Shown piece by piece: positions 57,955 through 64,000 of a stretch of 64,000 bases of DNA. The position numbers and the translations under genes were made by a program. Source of the stretch: Bacteroidetes bacterium HGW-Bacteroidetes-4 (GTDB lineage: Bacteria; Bacteroidota; Bacteroidia; Bacteroidales; SZUA-534); NCBI GenBank assembly GCA_002840905.1, contig PHDD01000002.1:223563-287562 (forward strand), given 5' to 3'. Under the pieces are notes generated by a model. That model searched no databases, had not been told where the DNA came from, and saw only the letters and a list, made by a program, of their open reading frames with translations. How positions within the stretch are numbered: the first letter of the stretch is position 1; every line of letters begins with the position of its first letter.

Positions 57955-60147
57955 TTAATAATCCAGATTGGTATATTCGGAAGTGATGCCTTCTTCATAT
58001 TCAGGATACTCATAAATCGACATACGAGGTTCTGTTTCGCCTATTGAATAGCCGTAAACCGTATGATAATCGTTGGGATCTTCGCCCATGCGCTCCAGTT
58101 GACGCAGGTATTGCCTGATGGTTTTGGATTCGACCACCACAAAATTTCCAAGTTTTTCAATAATAGGGCTGTGGTTTCGCGTGGCATCGTGGTAAAACTC
58201 CAAAATACGATATCCAAAACGGGTTATCCCGATTACCCGGAAAGTCAGACTTTTTCCTACCCCGGGAATATTCATCACATTACGGTCGGTTGCCAAAAAA
58301 GGCAAGGACTCTTTAATTCGTATATCATCAACCAATTGTTGCATGTTTTCAGCTTGCTCCGGAAAGCCGGCAATAGTCTTCAGTTCTTTTTCGGGAATCG
58401 TGCCAATTACTTTTTCTTCGACCGATTCCTGCACCGCACGTGCATTGGTAGCAAAATTATGACTGTTCTCTTTAAATCCTTTAACCGAAAAAGTGTAATA
58501 CGACAGCACACCAATATCGTTCAGTATTTTCCGGAGTTTTGAAGCATGCCCCCTTACGGAAGCTGCCGTTGTAAATACCATTTGATTGGCAACCATCCAA
58601 CCGGCTTGCTGCAGTTTACGCACTCCCTCAGCAGCCTCAGCAGTTACTTCCATTGAAGTAATAAAATGTGTTTGAATAACAAATTGCTTAAATCCAATTT
58701 TACTGGCTTTATGCTTAAAATTCTGTAATATTTCACACAATTCGTTGTTAATACGCTGGGGTAAATATACCGGCAGCCTTGTACCCAGCCTAATGCGAAC
58801 CATTTCGGCATACTTTTTACCTGCAGGCCGTTTTTTGTTAGCTTCAATTTTCCGGAGCGCCATTTGATATACGGATTCCAGAATTTCCTTTATTGATGCA
58901 TTGGAACTCATTAAAGCATCGCCTCCGGTTATTAAAATATCGCGCAACTGGGAATCGTTTTCATAATATTCCATTAGCTTTTCAAGCCTTTCACGCCATG
59001 TTCCATCAGGTTTCAAGCGATTCAAATCGAAATTTAAGTGCCCGCTCTGAAAATCGTACATACGTTGACACGAAACACAAAGACCGCCGCAAGCCCGACC
59101 AACTGTATCGGGGATTAAAATAGCCACCTCAGGATACCTTCGATGGATATTGTGAGCCGAAGGTAACAACCAACCGGCAGCATTGGGTTCACCCGGTTTA
59201 ACAAGATCTTCCTTTTCCCAGGCTATAATTTTTCCAAATTCTTTAATTAATTGCTTACTATAAAATACATAATCGCGAATAACCATATCGGCTCCTGGAG
59301 CAAATGCGTATTCGCGAACATTAAGTAAGGATAAATAATAGGGATTTACAAAAAAGGGTATTCCGGCTGCCCGCGCATCGTTAAGTATGGCAATAGTATC
59401 AGGTGTAATTGAATAGTCGAGCATTTCGTTCATGGTTTCCGGATCACGAACGGCGAATTTCAAATGAAAATTCCAGTCGTCCCACCATTGATTAACCAAT
59501 GCAATTTTTTCATCGATTGAAAGATTATCAGCAAATGAATAACGTGAATCGGTTTTCGACTTTTCTTTTATTTTATTAATTAACACTCGTATAATACGTT
59601 GCTTGTTCTTTTCCCGTATTTTTTTAACCTCTTCATCGGAACCACTGGGGTGTCGTTCCATCCAATTTAAGACCGTTTGTTTATTGGGTAAATTATGCTG
59701 CTGTGTTCCATTAAACTGCTGAAACAACTGAAGCATGTCAATAAAAAAATCGTACTTAGCACCGCCATTGCCATAATTTGCAGCCAGCCACAGTATTTTA
59801 AAAGGTTGAATTATGGTTACGGAATTTTTAAGGTTGGCGTCTTCAACCCGTTGACCAGCATGAGCAATGTAATCGAGAATTCTTATTCCGGCAACTTCTT
59901 TCCAGGTCAATTGCCTGAGTGCTTTTCGCCCGCTAATTTTTCGCTCAAAATATAAAATTCCGGCAGAATTTGCTCCCAGCTCCTTATAAACCCAGTCGCG
60001 TATTTTTTGGTGAATTATTTCAATTTCGTTGTTATTTAAAAGGATTTCCTTAAGGTAAGGGTTCTCGTCCAAAAGCTGTTGGAGTGTTAGGTACGAACGT
60101 ACACTTACTTTGTTTTGATCCATCTCTTTAAAAAACAATTCGAACAT
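57955..60147 (-). CDS. KamA (lysine 2,3-aminomutase) family radical SAM protein, long 730-aa form
   Basis: CGGLCVSC (CxxxCxxC), ITGGDALM, IRLGTRLPVYLPQRI, QTHF and PGVGKS (the position of the PLP-lysine motif). An N-terminal extension of about 230-300 aa has no motif I recognise. Confidence 0.8.
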   Translation of the reverse strand: MFELFFKEMDQNKVSVRSYLTLQQLLDENPYLKEILLNNNEIEIIHQKIRDWVYKELGANSAGILYFERKISGRKALRQLTWKEVAGIRILDYIAHAGQRVEDANLKNSVTIIQPFKILWLAANYGNGGAKYDFFIDMLQLFQQFNGTQQHNLPNKQTVLNWMERHPSGSDEEVKKIREKNKQRIIRVLINKIKEKSKTDSRYSFADNLSIDEKIALVNQWWDDWNFHLKFAVRDPETMNEMLDYSITPDTIAILNDARAAGIPFFVNPYYLSLLNVREYAFAPGADMVIRDYVFYSKQLIKEFGKIIAWEKEDLVKPGEPNAAGWLLPSAHNIHRRYPEVAILIPDTVGRACGGLCVSCQRMYDFQSGHLNFDLNRLKPDGTWRERLEKLMEYYENDSQLRDILITGGDALMSSNASIKEILESVYQMALRKIEANKKRPAGKKYAEMVRIRLGTRLPVYLPQRINNELCEILQNFKHKASKIGFKQFVIQTHFITSMEVTAEAAEGVRKLQQAGWMVANQMVFTTAASVRGHASKLRKILNDIGVLSYYTFSVKGFKENSHNFATNARAVQESVEEKVIGTIPEKELKTIAGFPEQAENMQQLVDDIRIKESLPFLATDRNVMNIPGVGKSLTFRVIGITRFGYRILEFYHDATRNHSPIIEKLGNFVVVESKTIRQYLRQLERMGEDPNDYHTVYGYSIGETEPRMSIYEYPEYEEGITSEYTNLDY

Positions 60148-60318
60148 ATGCTATGTGTTTAAAAAATTATTTGGACGAGCATATCAGTCTCGCGGTAAAA
60201 AATTGAATACAAAAAAGCTAATCCGGTCAGAAACGACCAAAATGAATATCAACAGGTATGTAAATAAAGCTATCCCATATTAAGTGGCGCAAAAGTACAA
60301 AAAAAAACCCTTTCTACC

Positions 60319-60344
60319 AAGGATTCAACCAATGAGGAATCCTT
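60319..60344 (-). terminator. Hairpin downstream of rodA (possible terminator)
   Basis: Perfect 8-bp stem AAGGATTC / GAATCCTT with a 10-nt loop. On the minus strand the T-run begins about 12 nt after the stem, so it is non-canonical. Confidence 0.3.
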
Positions 60345-60354
60345 ACAAGCCTTT

Positions 60355-60384
60355 CGTCTGTAGCCAATTAGCTTTACATGAGTT
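60355..60384. repeat. Solo copy related to the 27739-27901 tandem repeat unit
   Basis: GTCTGTAGCCAATTAGCTTTACATGAGT compares with ATCTGTGGCTCGGATTAGCTTCCACATGAGT (the unit 2/3 junction). By eye, roughly 24 of 31 positions match. Confidence 0.5.
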
Positions 60385-60467
60385 GTTTCGAACGTACAGT
60401 TTTTTCAATTAAAGCTTATAGCAAAAAAACTGCAGTACATTCCAGTCTAAAAAAGTATCAATAAGAA

Positions 60468-61913
60468 TTATGTGATTAGTTGATTCCGGTTGGCATCTAA
60501 CTTTAAGAAAATAAACAAAAGGAACGTAAATCCCCAGAGTGAGGACCCTCCGTAACTAAAGAAGGGCAAAGGAATACCGATTACCGGAGCCAGACCAATG
60601 GTCATACCCACATTTATGGCAATATGAAAAAACAAGATACTTGCCACACTGTAACCAAAAACCCGGCTAAACCTTGATTTCTGCCTTTCGGCCAATTTTA
60701 ACAGCCGAAGCAATAAAAACAAAAATAAACTCAGCACGGTGGCTGTTCCCACAAAACCCCATTCCTCGCCTACGGTACAAAAAATAAAGTCGGTACTTTG
60801 TTCCGGAACAAACTTGAATTTGGTTTGGGTTCCCTGCAAATATCCTTTTCCACCGGGGCCTCCTGAACCAATTGCAATCATACTTTGATTCACATTGTAT
60901 CCGGCTCCGTAAGGATCGTCTTCAATTCCCAACAAAACTTTTATCCGGCGTTGCTGGTAATTATCCAGAGCATTGTCGAAAACATAATCTACTGAGTAGG
61001 TAAAAGCAATACTTCCGAAAAGCATTAATAATATAACAAAAGCTTCTTTTAAGCGATGTTTATATATCTGATATATAAAACCTACTGATGCAAATCCTAA
61101 AGCAGCCAGAACAAAAATAGTTTTTGACATTTCGGGCCTGAAATAGCTGCCTGCAACCCAAAATATACCAGTAATACTCTCGAGTATAAAAAAACCTATC
61201 AGGGTTTCTTTCCACCGCCTATAGGTAATATAAAAGGCAAGAAAGGTTAATAGCTCCAAAATTATTACAATCAGGTAATTTTGATATAACAACGACAAAA
61301 CAAATAAAGCCACTGCCAACAGGGCTATCAGCAAATAAACCGATGGCATTCCCTCGCGAAAGTAAACCAAAAAGAAGACAAAAAATACCAAGGCTGATCC
61401 CGTATCGTTTTGCAATAAAATAAGTGCTACAGGAAGTAAAACAATAGCCCCAACCAGCAATAAGGTTTTAAATTTTTCGGGTCTCAGGTTGTAAGCGCTC
61501 AAAAATTTTGACAAGGCTAAAGCTGTGGTAATTTTAACAAACTCGGCCGGTTGCAAACGCACCGGACCCATAACAAACCACGATTTGGCCCCATTAATAC
61601 GAGTACCAAATAGCAATACAGCGATTAGTAAAAGTATGGAAAGGGCATAAAGCAGGTAGCCAAACGAAGAATAAAATTTACTGTCGAGAATTAACGCCAG
61701 CAGTAAAATAACTACAGAGGCCATAATCCAGATTATTTGGCGCCCATAACGCGACGAAAAATCAAAACCCAGTGCCTGCTGCTCATCGGTATATACTGCT
61801 GAGTAAATATTAAACCAACCCAGCATTACCAGTAGCAAATAAAGGCCAATAGTCAGCCAGTCGAGTTTAAATAGTATGTTATTTTTTTGGTCGAACATCG
61901 AGTAAGTTTGCAT
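60468..61913 (-). CDS. rodA: rod shape-determining SEDS protein RodA
   Basis: About 10 TM helices and FtsW/RodA/SpoVE motifs (PAEFVK, TDFIF, GLAPVIGIPLPFFSYGGSS). It lies downstream of mrdA. Confidence 0.9.
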   Translation of the reverse strand: MQTYSMFDQKNNILFKLDWLTIGLYLLLVMLGWFNIYSAVYTDEQQALGFDFSSRYGRQIIWIMASVVILLLALILDSKFYSSFGYLLYALSILLLIAVLLFGTRINGAKSWFVMGPVRLQPAEFVKITTALALSKFLSAYNLRPEKFKTLLLVGAIVLLPVALILLQNDTGSALVFFVFFLVYFREGMPSVYLLIALLAVALFVLSLLYQNYLIVIILELLTFLAFYITYRRWKETLIGFFILESITGIFWVAGSYFRPEMSKTIFVLAALGFASVGFIYQIYKHRLKEAFVILLMLFGSIAFTYSVDYVFDNALDNYQQRRIKVLLGIEDDPYGAGYNVNQSMIAIGSGGPGGKGYLQGTQTKFKFVPEQSTDFIFCTVGEEWGFVGTATVLSLFLFLLLRLLKLAERQKSRFSRVFGYSVASILFFHIAINVGMTIGLAPVIGIPLPFFSYGGSSLWGFTFLLFIFLKLDANRNQLIT

Positions 61914-63714
61914 TTAATATTCGTTCTTCGTGCCATTTCCGCTTAATAGTGCCGGTAAGGTATTTTTCAATCATCAGGCTGGCAACAGGTGCAGCCCAGG
62001 TGGCTCCGAACCCTCCGTTTTCAATATAAACAGCCAATGCTATTTTAGGATTATCTTTTGGGGCAAAAGCAATGAAAATGGAATGGTCTTCTCCGTGTGG
62101 ATTCTCAGCAGTACCTGTTTTCCCGCAAACTTCGATACCCGGAATTTGTGCAATTCGGGCGGTTCCGCCATCAAGCCCGTTTACTGCCAAATACATTCCC
62201 TCAATAATGGGTTTGAAATGTACCGAATCGACATTGGTATAGCGCTTTACCAGATAAGGCATTTTCATGTTATTAAATTCTTTGGGAAGATCTTTAATTA
62301 CATGTGGCGCATAATAATAGCCATTATTACAAATAATAGCCGTTAAATTAGCCATTTGAACAGGAGTCATTAGCAGTTCGCCCTGACCAATGGCTAAGGA
62401 AACTATATTTAACGAACGCAAGCGGCCTTCTCCATAAATTCGGTTGTATAAGCTCAGGGTTGGAATATAACCATTTACTTCGTGAGGCAAATCGACCCCT
62501 AGTTTTTTACCAAATCCGAACGAAAGTACGTGGTTTCGCCACAATTCAAAAGCACTTTCTACGGAACCATATTTGGGAGCATCGAGCAAATTTCTAAACT
62601 CGTAAGCATAATATGCATTACAGGAATGTTGAATAGATGCAGTCAGATCAAGATTATTCCTGTGGTAATGGCACTTCATAAAAAAGCGACCCGCTGCATA
62701 ACCTTGCATGCAGGGAAAGGTTGTTTCCGGTTTAACAATTCCTTCCTGAAGCCCAATAAGGGCATTTACCGTTTTAAAAGTTGACCCCGGCGGATAGCGC
62801 GCCATTAAAGGACGGTTAAAAAGTGGTTTTAGGGTATCGTTTTTCAATGCATTATAATTATCGGTACGATTACGTCCTAATAAGAGTTCCGGATTGTAAG
62901 CCGGTGAACTGATAAGCGCCAGTATTTCTCCAGTACTTGGCTCAATAGCCACAATGCTTCCAATTTTATTACCCATTAAAAGTTCACCATACGCCTGCAA
63001 TTCAGCATCGATGGTAAGTGTTACATTTGCGCCGTGTTCCGGAGCTGTGTCGTATCTTCCTTTTCTATAATTTCCTTTTATTCGGTTATGAACATCGACC
63101 ATGAAAATTTCAACCCCCTTTTTTCCTCGCAGTACTTCTTCGTATGATTTTTCAACGCCACTTATACCAATATAGTCGCCTGCAACATAATAATTATCTG
63201 TAGTAGCTATTTCATCATTTACCTCACCTACATATCCCAATACATGCGCGGCCGTGCTCTGAGGATACTGCCGAATGGTTCTTGTTTCCACAAAAAAACC
63301 TTTATATAGGTAAAGTTTTTCCTGAAATGCTGCATAAGTCTTTGCCGAGAGTTGTTTTTCAAAAACCGACGACTTAAATCGGGAATAGGTCTTTGCTTTG
63401 TCTAAACGACTTATTACCTGCTCTTTTGTTAAATCGAGCATTTGGCAAAACTCATTGGTATCAAAAGCTTCAATCTGCTGAGGAACCACCATTAAATCGT
63501 ATGCGGCCTCGTTATACACCATTAGTTTTCCATTCCGGTCGTATACTAAACCTCTTGCCGGGTGCTGAGTTACATAGCGCAATACATTGTTCGATGCAGA
63601 AAGTTTATATGATTGATCGATAACCTGCAATACAAACAACCTGATGATATAAATTAGTATCAACAGACCAAAAATACTTCCAATAACATATTTTCGGTTT
63701 GCAAAGGGATTCAT
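61879..63714 (-). CDS. mrdA: penicillin-binding protein 2 (elongasome transpeptidase)
   Basis: N-terminal TM helix, STFK, SCN and KTGT motifs. Confidence 0.9.
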   Translation of the reverse strand: MNPFANRKYVIGSIFGLLILIYIIRLFVLQVIDQSYKLSASNNVLRYVTQHPARGLVYDRNGKLMVYNEAAYDLMVVPQQIEAFDTNEFCQMLDLTKEQVISRLDKAKTYSRFKSSVFEKQLSAKTYAAFQEKLYLYKGFFVETRTIRQYPQSTAAHVLGYVGEVNDEIATTDNYYVAGDYIGISGVEKSYEEVLRGKKGVEIFMVDVHNRIKGNYRKGRYDTAPEHGANVTLTIDAELQAYGELLMGNKIGSIVAIEPSTGEILALISSPAYNPELLLGRNRTDNYNALKNDTLKPLFNRPLMARYPPGSTFKTVNALIGLQEGIVKPETTFPCMQGYAAGRFFMKCHYHRNNLDLTASIQHSCNAYYAYEFRNLLDAPKYGSVESAFELWRNHVLSFGFGKKLGVDLPHEVNGYIPTLSLYNRIYGEGRLRSLNIVSLAIGQGELLMTPVQMANLTAIICNNGYYYAPHVIKDLPKEFNNMKMPYLVKRYTNVDSVHFKPIIEGMYLAVNGLDGGTARIAQIPGIEVCGKTGTAENPHGEDHSIFIAFAPKDNPKIALAVYIENGGFGATWAAPVASLMIEKYLTGTIKRKWHEERILNANLLDVRPKK

Positions 63715-64000
63715 CTATTTTCTAAATATAAGGTATTGGCTTAACATTATAAGCACAACAGTAAACACCGTGCTTAGAATTGTACGCCAAAGTACTAAAT
63801 AATAGGAAGTAAAACTATAAGCTTCAACTGTAAATAAAAACAGGTGATGACTAAAAACCAAAATAAGGGTGTATTTTAAAAACCAGGTAAATCCATAATA
63901 ATGAATCCGGGGAAAAGTCCCAATTTCATATCCGTCGCGGGGTGCAATACTTTGCAATAAGAAAGGGCGCAAAAAGCCCACAAAAAGAGATGCCGATGCA
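63715..64000 (-). CDS. mreD: rod shape-determining protein MreD; N-terminus lies outside the window
   Basis: Hydrophobic multi-TM ORF immediately upstream of mrdA. The reading frame stays open to the window end beyond the GTG at 63981. Confidence 0.65.
   Translation of the reverse strand, partial: ASASLFVGFLRPFLLQSIAPRDGYEIGTFPRIHYYGFTWFLKYTLILVFSHHLFLFTVEAYSFTSYYLVLWRTILSTVFTVVLIMLSQYLIFRK

Noticed and set aside
1-64000. tRNA, rRNA, tmRNA, RNase P and SRP RNA genes, plus transposase, integrase and phage genes.
   Set aside because: Scanning the intergenic regions by eye found no T-loop GGTTCGAATCC-type motifs, no RNase P GAGGAAAGTCC and no SRP motif. No ORF has transposase or integrase signatures. 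The by-eye scan is not exhaustive; tRNAscan or Infernal should confirm.

Overview
The window is a gene-dense chromosomal segment that looks like Bacteroidota. The pointers are TAnnTTTG -7 promoter boxes, a MurF-Alr fusion, S16 with an Ala/Glu-rich tail, dnaE-trxA synteny and DUF3857/transglutaminase lipoproteins. I can support about 55 protein genes, and almost all are housekeeping.

- **1-7953:** maltodextrin catabolic cluster (MFS transporter, pgmB, GH65 phosphorylase, two GH13 enzymes).
- **8-16 kb:** regulators, rsmI, tdk, murF-alr.
- **16.8-20.8 kb:** two DUF3857/transglutaminase-like paralogs.
- **20.8-27.5 kb:** DUF58, trxA, an exonuclease-fused dnaE, an outer membrane protein.
- **28-36 kb:** ECF sigma pair, rsfS-ftsH-cdsA-psd, a small ferredoxin, a CapD-like dehydratase.
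- **36-44 kb:** rimM-rpsP, a NarL-type two-component pair, birA, pyrE, Nudix, coaD, deoxynucleoside kinase.
- **44-57.9 kb:** prolyl oligopeptidase, rpsO-pnp, an M16 peptidase, an ABC-F ATPase, a patatin-barrel protein.
- **58-64 kb:** a long KamA-family radical SAM protein, then rodA-mrdA-mreD.

Reading by eye, I saw no rRNA, tRNA, CRISPR array, transposase, integrase or phage genes. I did not find a convincing novel multi-gene system.

The observations most worth a second look are:
1. A frame break in a DUF3857/transglutaminase gene that sits exactly on an A_AAG_GGA slippery heptamer followed by TGA.
2. Four tandem ~41-bp non-coding repeats in the largest intergenic gap, with a related solo copy 32 kb away.
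3. An orphan 730-aa KamA-family radical SAM enzyme with a long N-terminal extension.
4. A DEDDh exonuclease fused to the N-terminus of DnaE.

All family assignments come from motif recognition in the translations, not from database searches.
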